This document shows positions 11,401 through 23,900 of a DNA stretch of 61,560 nucleotides, one piece after another; the stretch's first letter is position 1; the number at the start of each line of letters is the position of its first letter. The stretch is from Catajapyx aquilonaris. Taxonomy: Eukaryota. A program made the translations under genes and the position numbers. Under the pieces are notes generated by a model that worked only from the letters and a program-made list of their open reading frames with translations, was not told the DNA's origin and ran no database searches. The stretch spans positions 1-61,560 of the forward strand of contig KZ538563.1 of the NCBI GenBank assembly GCA_000934665.2. The letters run 5' to 3'.

Positions 11401-14260
11401 TCGTCTGGGAAATGAGAAAATTTTCCGTACTCGCCAACATGAACTTCGACTTAGGGGAGACCGAAAATGCATTGATATCCCTTCGTAAGGCCCTGCCTGC
11501 ACTTCGAGTTATGTAGAACTTTGAGTTATAGACATTCGAGTTAGGGAAGTTTATTTCATATTATTTTACATTGTGACCAACCAAGCTCATCATATTCTTC
11601 AACTTAGGGAAGTTCGACTTATGGAAGTTTTACTGTACTATTTGAAGACCTCAGGGAAAGAACGACCGAGGTCCACCTCAAGTGAAACTGAGATATTCCA
11701 ATTTTGAATTTCGAAGGCCCATAAGGTTCCATTGTAAATCCCACTTGTGACATGTGATCATGACTCCGCAACGACAACCAAACCATCATATTCTACTCTA
11801 GTGAAAGTATATTCTGAGATATGAGCAATTCCACGATAATGTCAACCGGGCAGGGTTACAAAAAATTTATGGTAGGAGAAAATATATTGCTCTGTGAGTC
11901 AATTTGTCATATGAAAACACTGTTCTGGCAATTGACTCTGCGTAAGAAAGTGTCACAACCTCATACAATTCGCAGGAATTTCATATAATGTAGTAAACCC
12001 CTTCCTGTAAGGCTGTTTTACTTATGTCTCGTCCCTAACGTGCACAATAACCCTGCTGGTCGTCTTGTGTGCTTTTGAAAGTGGTCATTTAACACACTAG
12101 GTGAAAGTTCAGATCCTTGTTCCCTGTGCCACTGGTATTACATTATCACTTGCATATTACATCGCAGGACCAGCGATCTGTCCCCACTTGCGCATGCGAT
12201 TGTCCCGTCCCTAACGCTGGAATTGCTCATATGTAACTGATTTTTGGCAAAAAGGGGACTTGATTGTTCATTCACCGAGGTCTTTATTTAACTCTATGTC
12301 TCCCGCTCGATAATGCACTCTTTGGGTATGGGTTTAAAAATAGTGCCCTAGGTGAAAATTACTGGATCTGGCACCATTGGTTTTGCTCTTGATTCATGCA
12401 CAAGAGGAGGCTGAACATTGCAAGACATACCAACCTACGTTGCATATCGAGAGGGAGCATTAACCGCCTCATATAATTTATTGTACTATGCACATGACGG
12501 TGACGTCATCCTATTGCGACATCTACGTGGTTTTTTAAAGGCGGCTTACACCCCCCTTAAAAATCCAAGCTATATGATTGCCCAGTCTCTGATGAATTAT
12601 GAAAACATTCAGTGTCCGTTTAAGAAATGTTAAAAGTACCCAGTAGAGCTGGGTGTAGTCCGCCCTGCCAATTAGGAGCCCTGACACTTTTTACGACCAA
12701 AATGGTGGCGGGGGAGATTGACTACCCTTCACAGATCGTTCTGAGTTTCCCCCGGCGAAAAGTAAGTCGCAGAATTCGAGAATTTTTAAATGGTTTTCAG
12801 GTGCACGTCCACATACTGGGAAATTGCGGCAGGGAGCTGTGTGTATTTAAATTCGTGCAGTAGGTGTTTGTTTCGGTTTGTTTACAATAAATGAGACTTT
12901 TGGCCTATGACGTTGCACCATTAAAAATATCAAGCAAGTGGCATAACTACTCATGAACATAGATACTATGAACATTTCCTAAGGCTGTGGTGAAAGAAAT
13001 TTTCGTCGGGGTTATACAAGCGGATTTTTAACAAATATTTTGTTTGGATGTATTATTATACAACCAGGGGGCGACATGGTGGCGGAGTGGTTAGAACCAC
13101 AGCCTTCCACCTCTAAGGTCCCAAGTTCGATCCCCGGGTTGGACGGAGGATACTTATGTGGATAGAGTTTAGATGGGTTTTCTCTGTGTTTGCGTGGGTT
13201 TTCTCGGGGCTCTCCCGCTTCCTCCCGCAATCAAAATCCATCACAGCGCAGGCCCTAAGAGGCCCAAGGAGGCATATCACGGGGTATCCATTATAATACA
13301 ACCAAAATGTGCCGCGGGAGACATAGTGTTAATACACTTTGTATACTTTGAGGCAATGGTACCAGGTGGTTGAGGTCAACCATAGAGGATACAGAACAGT
13401 TAGGAGAGAGTTTTGGGTTTGGAGTTCCTTGGCATAACATTCTGATTGGTTCCACATAGGGAATGATGTCACTGGACAGCAGGCCACCCAATGCGGCTAG
13501 ATTTTATTTGTCTACCGGTTCCTCATGATTAGAGTGTCACAATTTGGAATCACTTTCTCAGTTCTGAGCTCCAAAATCTGGTTTCATAATGATATTTGAC
13601 TGTTGCTTCATATTGAATCACTTGCTGCTCTATAGGACTGGCACTGTATGTACAGTACTGGCCAATAATCGAGGCAACGACTAGCGACATTTTTCCGAAG
13701 CGGCAGAAGAAGGAATATTGCTCGCCCGGCTTGAAGCATGCTTATCTTCGATTCCTTCTTCTGCCGCTTCGGGGAAATGTCGCTAGTCGTTGCCTCGATT
13801 ATTGGCCAGTACTGTACTACTGTACCCTACTCCCTGATTTTACGTATTCTTGCACACAACACTGAAGAAAAATCTCATTCTTACAGGAGACTTTCGATAT
13901 GAACCTCATGATCCACACGGTTGAGGACTTGTTCAGCAAGCTGGACAAACCAAATTGTGGCTGGATCGGATTTGATATTATTCGGAGCAAGTTCAACTTG
14001 TCTTCTAACAGCCACTACCTGGCAGGTGACAAGACCAGGGAACAGGTTCTCCTTGAAGTACTTGGTCCCTTCAACAAGTACTGTCTAACTCCTAACAGGG
14101 TAAGTTAGTTTGATAGCTGACATAATCACAACATTGACCACTGTGCTTTTGCCAACAGATCTTAAAGGAGGAGTTTATCGACTTTTATGTGGGTTACGGA
14201 GAATTTCATGATTCGAGGAACCACTTTTATTCTGCACTCCAGAAGGCTTACAAGTGCTAA
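8405..14260 (+). CDS. CAPSL: Divergent calcyphosin-like EF-hand protein, ~280 aa, 4 coding exons: 8405-8592, 8677-9016, 13887-14099, 14159-14260
   Basis: GT-AG introns with matching phases (2,0,0). The spliced product KDPFKVVRLSCIARGGSGLLSL...LTYDEFHGAISEFG...FLDKVR|...LFSKLDKPNCGWIGFDII...YLAGDKTREQVL...ILKEEFIDFYVG...ALQKAYKC* follows the recalled calcyphosin pattern (LRxxCLARGxxGIxxL...FxKLDKTGDG...GExTxEQV...EEFxNYYxG). An acceptor at 8382 implies a further upstream exon. Candidate AATAAA at 15469. Confidence 0.75.
8804..8980 (+). repeat. Coding minisatellite, ~6 x 30 bp (15-bp subunits), encoding EK(E/D)D(P/S)EKAAP
   Basis: Units such as gagaaggaagatcctgagaaggcagcccca can be read directly, in frame within exon 2. 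Confidence 0.9.
10210..10648 (+). mobile_element. tRNA-derived SINE family A (other copies ~16758-17040, ~41570-41850 minus, 46465-46815, 59510-59970)
   Basis: Head accgaagcagtagtggtggagtggat...gggttcgagtccc, (AAAT)n tail, TSD taagtattgtg. Confidence 0.85.
11046..11637. mobile_element. pogo/Tigger-like MITE, copy 2
   Basis: Same termini and body as 7710-8293. Confidence 0.85.
13067..13292 (+). mobile_element. tRNA-derived SINE family B (also 19995-20255 and a truncated copy ~48015-48362)
   Basis: Head ggggcgacacggtggcggagtggttag...gttcgatcccc; TSD atacaacca here and aaattatacacttg at 19995. Confidence 0.85.
13651..13816. mobile_element. 166-bp near-perfect hairpin MITE, TA TSD
   Basis: ta|cagtactggccaataatcgaggc ... 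gcctcgattattggccagtactg|ta with ~65-bp arms; a related fragment lies at ~57853-57980. Confidence 0.85.
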
Positions 14261-17145
14261 GATGGCATCCTGTAGGGGATTGTGAGGATTCTGGCCCCGC
14301 AGTTCCCCATGACCTCTTTGAACCCCAACAGGTTGGGATTACTCTGGTGAAGATCTAAGTTTCATTTATGTTTTTTCTAGTTAAATTTTTTGTGCAGTCA
14401 GTACAATTTCCTTTTTGCTAGTGTGTGGATGTATAAAGTTTGTCACCCAGTGCACAGTTCCCTTTTTTAAGTGTTATTTTTCCTGAAATTTTGTTTTTCC
14501 ACTGCTATTTCTTATTTTGTAGTTCTTTTTTGGGGCCATACACTTATTTCTTGTTTTCCTTTGCCATGTGTTGAAATCCAATGTGACTCTCAGGAAACCC
14601 CGCATTCCAACTGGGAGTTTTTAAGTTTCATTATTTTATACATCATAGGTTTTTTGTATCTCCCCCCTAAGCAGACTCTAGAAGAGAAAAAAAAAATCTG
14701 TGAGTTTTCTCGATTAATGTGTTTAAGATAGTTGTACTATTTGGAAATTGTTGGTTGGCCCAGGGGTTGAGTAAGGATATAATTTTTGTTTTCTTTTGAT
14801 TTCATTTTTATTACCCCAGTAGCATTATTTTTGCTCCATTTAGCCTTAAGGAAAGAAGCCAACTAAAGTTTTTGCAAAGTACCATAACAAGCAGAAATAA
14901 GGATTTGAGTTCGTTTTATGTATGTTGGGCCTGTGATTGAGGCATTGCTTCTCAAGCGTGTGATTCTTTTGTTTGGTCCGATAGATGTAGGTTTTTTAAA
15001 ATATATAAGTCAGATGATCAAAAACCGGCAGCAAAATGTAGTAGTCTGAATGCACGTCAAGCTTATGATGTAACAGGATATCATAAGAATCTCATGTTCC
15101 TTTAAAAGAAACTCACTGTATAACAAAGAAATTAGGCTAATGGTTTCCAAATGAGGAAAAGGTTTTCTTTGTAGGCTAACTACCCCAATTGCAGATTTCA
15201 CTGTTTCAATTTAAGTGTGGTGTGTTTTTTGTAAGATGATGCCCAAGACGAGCTTTGTGTTGTGCATTTGGGACAAGTTTGGTTTTTTTTATGGAAATGC
15301 TTTTTTTAGTCCCACTTGCAAAGCTGTCGTGCCTATTATTTTGTAATTATAATTCTGCTTTCTTTCTTCACACATCGATGAAACTTTTGAGTACTTTTTT
15401 TTGCCTGGGTTAAAAGGATTTTGTCTTACTAATGTTTTGTCACCACATTAATTTGACCTGAATGATTAAATAAAATCTGTTTGAATACAACTTTGGCATG
15501 GTTTTCACTAGAGGTGGGTGAGACTGATGAGTCCCACCAGTGTAGGAAAGAAGTCAACGGGTATTGACTCAGGTATTCTGCCAAGATTATGCACAAATAA
15601 TAATTATAATAATACTCGGGTTAGTGCACCACCTGTGTTAGGCATCTGGCAAGAGACCTGCGTTGCTGTTTGATGTACAAGCTTTTTGGCCCTTTTACTG
15701 TAATGTCCGAGTACCACATGGAGTGGGGGTTACATGGCAGGGAGAAGTAGTGCCAGTCATTTTGTGCATTCCCCTGGGTAGTTGGTCTATCACAAATTCC
15801 ACTGGAGATGATGAAACTCCACAGGAGATGACAACGGTTTAGGATCAAACCATTACTGCTGTGGCACTCCGCCTTTCAGGATTGGACAAGTGTGCAAGGT
15901 GTATAATCTGATATTTAAAATGTCACCATTGTTGTGATTCGGCAAGTTGCAACAAAGGTCTGAACCCAAGAAGACCAGGGTATTCATAGGTATGTAGTCA
16001 GTATGCAAGTGTACTCTTAGTTTGTGAGTGACTTACATACTTTTAAAATGTCAGGGCTACTCTTTTTCTTATGACTGCAGTAGTGTTCTGATTGAGCACA
16101 ACACCATATTTCTAAGAAACAAAATGGACAATTTAAAATGCATTTCTGTGCCACATTATGTTCAAACTTTCTTTTTTCACTACCAGACAAATTGAACACA
16201 TGAATTTGCAAAGGGCCCAAGTCCGGCAGCATGAAATTTCCAGGAGGAGGAAAAAACGATGCCACAAGAACAGAATTACTGCCTGGCAGTTGGGATTTTA
16301 ACACAATGAACCATGTCTAAAATCGGTTGCGTTGAAGCAATATTAACACCATACGACGAACAGAGTGCGATCATAAATAAAATTAAGTGCCTGACTTGGG
16401 TCCTTTGGAAAAACATTAAGTGGATATGGAATCCTGGATAACATAAGACATAGCCTCAGCATTCCAAGACTAATATTGAAGTCAATACCACCTGCTAATG
16501 CATTGGGCAGCACATGGACATCATGAAATCATATTTTGCAGGCACTACTGCTATTTTTGTGATGTCCTTTCATGCAGCTAATAACTCATGCTTCCCACTA
16601 TCGCCACCTGCCGGTCGTTCTACAATATGTTTTACATAGCGGCCCAAGTCAGCGACTTGGGCCCGGCCCTTTCTACCAAACATCGAAATTTCCCAATGCC
16701 ATTTTCTTCCTGGTCTTATGGGAATTGGGCCTTCCTATGCAGCATACATATGCAGCCACCGAAGTAGTTTGGAGTAAGGGATATGGTGTCCGCCTGCTAA
16801 TCGGGAGGTCCTGGAATCAAATCCCAGGGCCGGCAACTCTGACCATGGTTTTCTGTGGCTTCCCACGGTCCTTCCAGGAAAATTCCGGAGTTGTTTTCGT
16901 CATTAATAGGCCACAGCCGCTTCCTTCCGTCCCTATCCTATCCCAAAAAGCGCACTAGTAAAATGAAGCAAAGAGTTCCAGGCAAAACAAAAAACTTCCC
17001 CCCTAAAGAGCCGATAGGCTGATAACGGGGTATGAATTATTTATACATATGCAGCCGGGTACTGTGAACAGATCTCTGGTCTTACCTCAGTTTTGCCCAA
17101 ACAGACGACTTGGGCCCTTTGCAAACTCATGTGTTCAATTGTTAA

Positions 17146-18775
17146 CCCTGTAGCGCGCATTGTTGCCTGAGGGCAGCAATTAATTTGCGCAGGCGCCATA
17201 AGCTTCAACATTGGTCCTGGAAACCACAGTGTAGCTTGATGTCACAGTTAGTTTGTTAGCTTCCGCTAGATGACAAGCAATGTCGACAATGATACGTTCA
17301 GGATATGGTATGAAGCGGAGAGAAGCCAAGGTCATTGAAAATGGTGCGAAATTTGAATTTGCTGAAACAGCAATATTGTTTCTGGAGCTGATTAGATATA
17401 GGTGCAGGTATTAAATATCCAATTACATGTGTAACACTGCAAGAGTAGCTCTCTCGTCGCCATTTCAGGCCATTCTAATTTTGCCAGCACAATCTCATCA
17501 CAATTTTTTGGCGGCGCAGGCACAATATTGCTTGAGGTTTGAGTCCTAAGTCATTGTACGTATTTTTATTCAAAAACGGAAACATGTACAGATGTGGAGT
17601 GACCAATCAAAACGCAACAAACGCCAACAAAGCCATTTCGAGATATTCAACAAAAACCGATTGCTCCCAAATGGAATGTGACCAAGAAACAAAATGTGCA
17701 GTACATTATGCCCATATGCAGAGGTGGTTAATGGTGTATGTTAATGAAATCAGGAATTGTCTAGTCACGAGAAAAAATAATAATCAAAATTTGACTTATT
17801 GCGTTTTGATTGGGCACATGTGTCAGATGTTGCGTTTTGATCGATCATTTTCATTGGCCATATTATTAAACTGTGACAAATTCTTAGTACCTTCTATCAG
17901 CAGGAACCATGATACCATATCCTTGACACTAATTATTATCTAAACACAATGCTAATCATGAGATCATTATTAGCTATTTTTTATAAAATTTTATTACTTA
18001 TACACCCTTCGGGGTTGGAGCGAGTCGATGAGAACAACATACGTACTACTGTAGTACTGCGTGGATTGGTGAGCTTACTCTATGGGATTGGTAAGATATC
18101 GGCGGCCATTTGTAACAGTTGCGCATCCCACTCTCCCATTGGCTGCTTGGCTCATGTTGCGTTTTGAAGTAGCCGGTATGGGTCACATATTGCGTTTTGA
18201 AGCAACACTCCATTTTCCAGCCCTTATAACACGGTACATATTGCATTTAGAAATGTGACAATCTGCATGAGACAGTGGAATGGTGGGGGTTATGATCACC
18301 ATTCGTTTTCTGACCCCCTTTGCGATATGGATGGCATTTGTATATCAGGTGACATTGTAATCGCCGGACCTTCAAAACTTACCAAAGGTCATCTCTGTAA
18401 GTGTTACCATTTTTGAATAAAAAAATACTCGCCATGACTTTTGACTCAGCCGGTGTAACTTCAAAGTCATTGGGTCAGAGATGACCAAAACATAATCCAA
18501 CAAAACCAAGGGAGGCATGGTAGTCTAGTGGTTACGCCACTGACTAGCCAAGCGGGAGGCCGGGGTTCAAATCCCGTCCCCGTCACCTCTGCTTGGCCGG
18601 GTCTTTTTCCGCTTTTCACCCGACACGCCGGGGCAGCATTGCACTCCCTTAGCTGCCCGGGGCCAGAGAAAAGGTCTGGTGAGCTGCGAGTCGTGAGTGA
18701 CTATAAACCGAGGATGCCCCCCCTTGGGAACCTTCCCTCTCCCCCCTAAACGAGCCGCAATGGCTCGAGCACGGG

Positions 18776-18835
<60 letters not shown>

Positions 18836-18924
18836 CCAACAAAACCATCCTTACGTCGCATATGATGAGAAAAAGGCGTTAGAATTTTTTTCTTCCCACA
18901 ATCCTAAATGTGTGCAGTACAGGG
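17146..18924. mobile_element. piggyBac-type non-autonomous element containing a Tc1/mariner MITE (~17530-18457) and a SINE
   Basis: TTAA|ccctgta ... tacaggg|TTAA. Confidence 0.65.
18509..18830 (+). mobile_element. tRNA-derived SINE family C with (AAT)n tail
   Basis: Head gggaggcatggtagtctagtggtta...ggttcaaatccc; 17-bp TSD ataatccaacaaaacca. Confidence 0.88.
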
Positions 18925-19010
18925 TTAATCAAGCAACTGGCAGGCTATGTACAATTCAGTTTAGAAAAGGCATGTAAGATTACTTCGCTGTGTCCCCTAT
19001 AATTGTCATC

Positions 19011-20800
19011 TATGAGGGGCGTTCTGCAAGTTCTCCACTTTTTGATGGAGTTTGATATTAGATATTAAAATGGGGCACCATGTAGAGGCATTCTAGCACT
19101 GATCAGAGGATATTTCACCATCCCCATATTAATCATACAGAAGGGAGGAAAAAATCGTCGGAGGTGCAAAGTGCAGTGATCACTTCTGCCCGGACAGTTT
19201 GGAGCATCATTCTGTCATCAGATATCTCCCTTTGTAGAAGATGAGGGGTGTGGATATTCATAAGGTCATTCCAGAGACAATGAGCGGCTGTTGTCCATCA
19301 TACCCAATGGTTATGAGATGGTTGCACGCTTCAAGTGTGGGCAAGACAGCTTGGACAATGACCCCCACCCGGGAAAACATCTCTACTGTAGAGACCATGG
19401 TAATGGGAGATAGGGGTTGACAGTGTGGGACATAGCAGAGGGCCTAGCCATCGCATCGGTTTGGCTGCAGTAGATACCATCCTTCATCAACACCTTCGCC
19501 TCAGCTAGGTCTCCGCGTGTTGGGTACAGTACCGCTCAGCCTCACATTTTGCCACTCAAGCTGAGCTGTCACAGGCCAACTGGAACTTTTTCTCAGCGAC
19601 AAGGATCACTTTTTCATACGGTTAGTGCTACAAAACGAAACTTTCCTTTCTATCCTCCTTTTCCCATTCCCCAATATCAAAAACAACTTTACGGAAGGAT
19701 CCGTGGATCAGTCTCTGAAGTCATTGCTGCTGTGGAGGTGTTAGGTGGGGTTCCACAAACCATTTTTTTGGGACCAGATAGAACAATATTGGAGAAACTC
19801 TGGACAAAGAGTATCAACACCCAAGGGGACTTTATAATATATTTATTTATTTATTTATTTATTTGTCTACCCCGTGATGCCCTCTCGGGCTTGGGGGGGG
19901 GGGGGGGGGGNGGGACGCTCCAGGACACCACATACTGTACATCAATCCAATAGGGCATTTCTTCTTATTACATTATCTACAAAATTATACACTTGGGGCG
20001 ACACGGTGGCGGAGTGGTTAGCGCCGCAGCCTTCCACCTCTAAGGTCCCGAGTTCGATCCCCGGGTCGGACGGAGGATACTTATGTGGATAGAGTTTCGA
20101 TGGGTTCTCTCCGTGTTCACGTGGGTTTTCTCTGGGTTCTCCCGTTTCCTCCCGCTATCAAAATCCATCACAGCGCAGGCAATGATTAAAGTCGGTTGAA
20201 TAAAAGATGATCCCCTAAGAGGCCCAAGGAGGCCTAGCACGGGGTATCCATTATTAAATTATACACTTGAAAAACAAAAACTGGAGATGGATCAGAAAGA
20301 AGAAAGTACATATCATAGCATGGTACTGTATGTAAGGTGTCAGATAGATAATGCCTTGGGGTATCATATAAGATTATAAGGGACAGCAATAAAAAATATG
20401 TTCTAAAGTTTGAAGCTCATTTGAATTACAATTGGGGCACACAATTTCAGAATTGAAAGCCAAGGATCCGGATTTGGTATATAATCTATGGGATTGGACT
20501 TTATAATATATTGATATTAGGGAGGTTGGCCCGGCATTGCCTCTTCAACCTCCAAGGATAGGGAAGGAAGGAAGCGGTGGCCTATTATACGGAAGCGACC
20601 CCGGAATTATCCTAGGAAGACCGTGGAAAACCACAGAAAACCACAGAAAACCACGGACAGGATCGTCAGCCCCGGGATTCGAATCCCCAGGATTAGCAGT
20701 CGGACGCCTTATCCACCATGCCAACCTGCTTCGGTGTACCCAAGGGGACTATGTTGAAAAATTAAATATCACTTTTGAAAAAGCTAGATATTAGTTCTAT
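19011..20800 (+). mobile_element. Decayed mariner remnant interrupted by a retroposon at 19832-20737
   Basis: tatgaggggcgttc terminus; VSAxWV-like remnant ~19510; the 3' end resumes after the 13-bp duplication. Confidence 0.6.
19832..20737 (-). mobile_element. Chimeric retroposon: SINE-A head joined to a LINE ORF2 3' end and tail, with SINE-B nested inside
   Basis: TSD acccaaggggact (19819-19831 / 20738-20750); the minus strand ~20520-20375 reads ...VCPNCNSNELQTLEHIFYCCPL (CCHC knuckle); (AAAT)n tail. Confidence 0.75.
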
Positions 20801-20869
20801 TGCTTACCGACATCATATTGCCCCACAAAAGGGTAGTCAGTGATCCATAAGTATCAGTCGTTGCATTGT

Positions 20870-21750
20870 CCAGAGACAAAGCCCCACTTTTTGCAGAGAA
20901 TTTCGCTATTAAATTCCCCTGCAGAATTACTCGTAGGAATTTATTTTACTTATGGACATTGTCTGGACAATCAAAATCTCCTCTCAAAGTTGGGGACACT
21001 GTCACCCTTTTCCGAATCCTAGTTTGGCACTAATTAATTCCCAAAGATCACCCTGCATTTTGAACCCATACGGTTACAGTCAGCCAGACCTCTCTCGTCC
21101 AGAGATTTGCAGGGATATTCCCTATTTAATTCTTCAGTAAAATAACCGTGGGCATTTATAGCAAATGCGGTCGTCTTCAGAACATTTGAAATCTCCTCTC
21201 AATGACGACGGCACTGTCACACACATACAACCCCTAGTTTTGCCGCAATTAATTCCCATAGGTCACTCTGCATTCTGGACCCAGACGGTTACAGTCAAGC
21301 AGACCTCTCTTGTCCAGCGCTTTTTGTCAAGATATTAGCTATTTAATTCCCCCGTAAATTGGCCGCCCGGTATGTAATACTAAATTGGACATCGTCGGGA
21401 CAGTCGAAATCTCCTCTCGACGACGGGAGCATTGTCACCCTCCTCTGATCTCTAGTTTGGATGCCATTAATTCCCAAATGTCAACATGCACCCCTGGACC
21501 CATACGGTTACAGCCTGCCAGACCTCTCTCGTCCAGAGACTAAGTCCCACTTTTTGCTGATATATTTCCTATTTAATTCCCCCGTAAAATAACCTGTGGA
21601 TATTTATTTATTTGCGGACGTCGTCGGAACAATTGAAATCTCCTATCGACGACGGGGGCACTGTCACCCTCCTCCAACCTCTAGTTTGGCCGCAATTGAT
21701 TCCCAAATGTCACCGTGCACATCTGGACCCACTCCCCTATACAGCCTAGC
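20870..21750. repeat. Degenerate tandem array, ~4 units of ~215-230 bp
   Basis: The motif aaatctcctc...ctgtcac...ctagtttgg...aattccca recurs at ~20973, 21189, 21407 and 21637. Confidence 0.8.
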
Positions 21751-21886
21751 CACTCTCCCAGCTATTTGCGTAGGTACCGGCTCGGCTACCTCTCTGCCTT
21801 GGCCCGGGGCCTGCCCCGCCGGCCCACCCTGGCCATATGTGTACCCGTCCCTGCCCACATAGTGTGTGCTCAGCCCTGTCTACTGC

Positions 21887-22987
21887 GGGTGTGGGTCATT
21901 TCACCGACACCCACCCGGCCGAAAGGCCATTTCACCGACAAGCCATTTGACCAACAAGGAGGTTCCCCGACAGGGCGTTTCACCGACAGTCATTTGATCG
22001 TCAAATTTACCCACACAATTCCGATATGAAAACCATCCAGTCACTGGAGAGACGGGGTCCAGATCACACCTCATTTTCGCAGCGCCCCTTATGGAAGGAA
22101 CCACGACAGACGCCGGTTTATTACTACATAGTTCTAACTCCTATTTTGAGAAAAAGTGACGTAAGAGATGCACCTACTTCTAACTCCATCGGCCTATCCA
22201 AAAAACTAGTCAGGATGCATTTCGCCGGTTTATTACAGCATAGTTCTAACTCCAAGTAGTGACTTAAGAGGTGCAACTCCACATTGCCACTTTTCGTTAG
22301 TGTTATGAAGTTCTAACTCGGGAGTTAGACTTTTGTGATTCTGAAAAAATTCAAATTAGGTGATTTAAAAGGTTCTAACTCCACCATTGTTGCTGCTGTT
22401 ACAGACAACGACAATGACATTGGCACAGTGAAACACAAAATATGAGTAGTGTATGTAAGCCACAGTATTGCAAAAATTAACTCATTACGTTTGAATGTTC
22501 ATGGTCTAATTGTTGTACTGTGCAAACTTTGGATTCAAATATCTCCGCTTCATCAAAAGTGGAGTTAGAACTATGTAGTAATGAACCGGCGTGATGTCTC
22601 CCATTTCTATAAAATCTGAACGGAATATACATTTCCAATTACATTGCACGAATGAAATACCTGTAGTCAGACACCTGGACAACAACTGCTTACCGGGGAA
22701 GCTGCAGGTGACTGATTCGCTAAAAGATATTCTCGTGGGACACGTGAAAATGAGGTGTGATCTGGACCCCGTCTCTCCAGTGACTGGATGGTTTTCATAT
22801 TGGAATTGTGTGGGTAAATTTGTTGATCAAATGACTGTCGGTGAAACGCCCTGTCGGGGAACCTCCTTGTCGGTGAAATGGCTTGTCGTTGGAATGGGTA
22901 TGTTGGTGAAATGGCTTGTCGGTGGAATGGGTATATCGGTGAAATGGCCTGTCGGCCAGGTGGGTGTCGGTGAAATGACCCTCTCCA
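21887..22987. mobile_element. Mutator/foldback-like non-autonomous element with a nested TIR element at 22110-22592
   Basis: ~190-240-bp TIRs built of catttcaccgaca subrepeats; 9-bp TSD gtctactgc (21878-21886 / 22988-22996). Confidence 0.8.
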
Positions 22988-23404
22988 GTCTACTGCTCTT
23001 CCTGCCTCGTGCCGTTGCCAAGCTCATGCCCTGCCTGCTCGAGTACCCCCCTTGTCGCCCATCTTGGATTCGACTTCAGCGCCTCTACAGGCCATGGGTC
23101 TCGCGAATTGGGTCCTAATGTTCTCAATGGTTATTTGTCGTTATTTTTGTCAATATTTTAGAACTATAATTTTTTTCTCGTTTCTTATTGGGAAAATGTT
23201 CAGAAAATGAAATAGGAACTGACATTGCGTTACTCCATTCTTCTCAGGTCTCAGGAGGATATAATAGAAACCTGTTCAGCATGGAAATGTTCTGCAGAAC
23301 AGCTTGACACCATAAGAGACAGGTTTCAACACATAAACAATTTATAACAACATCCAATTTATTTTTCCCAAAGTTTTACTGCACAGCCAAATTCCATGAA
23401 AGAT

Positions 23405-23900
23405 TCATGTAACAAAATTAATCAAAACAGGATCATGTCCAGTATAATTCAGAAACTTCTGTAGACCATCTGGAGTTACACCAGTTGTAGCCTCATTAGT
23501 CAGGGGATGAAAGTATATAGTCTCAAAATCATTACCAAGGAGCTGTGAGTCACACAAGAATTTTACCCGCCTCTCCTTGTCATTGGCAAGGGAAAATGCT
23601 GTGACACACCCTTGCTTCACACCTAAAGTTTGGAACAAAATGTCCTCTCCAGCAAATCGAAGTTCCTTGGCCTTAATAATTTCACCTATGTCATTTAAAT
23701 TAACCTTACGGTCATGTTTGACTGACAATAGATATAAATTCTTTTGCTTATCCTTCAGGAAGAGGTTCTTGGTATGGGCACCTGGTAAATGATGTACATA
23801 CTTCATCATGGCTTCAACTGTGTGTACTTCTGGATGCTCTGTGGTCACACACTGCACACCTAAGTCCAGAAGCAATTGCATCAAAGTTTTCTTGGTGAAA
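23405..23900 (-). other. ProXp-ala/PrdX (YbaK/INS superfamily, PRORSD1-like) domain within the last AIMP2 exon
   Basis: EHPEVHTVEAMM, GAHTKNLFLKDK (conserved Lys), LRFA, LGVKQGCVTAF, YFHPLTNEAT and TGHDPVLINF match recalled PrdX/PRORSD1 motifs across the full domain. Confidence 0.9.

Noticed and set aside
23405..23900. Bacterial contamination or recent HGT as the source of the PrdX domain
   Set aside because: It is contiguous with an intron-containing AIMP2 gene, and its motifs (GAHxKNLFLKDK, QGC, TGHDP) resemble recalled animal PRORSD1. A phylogeny would settle it.
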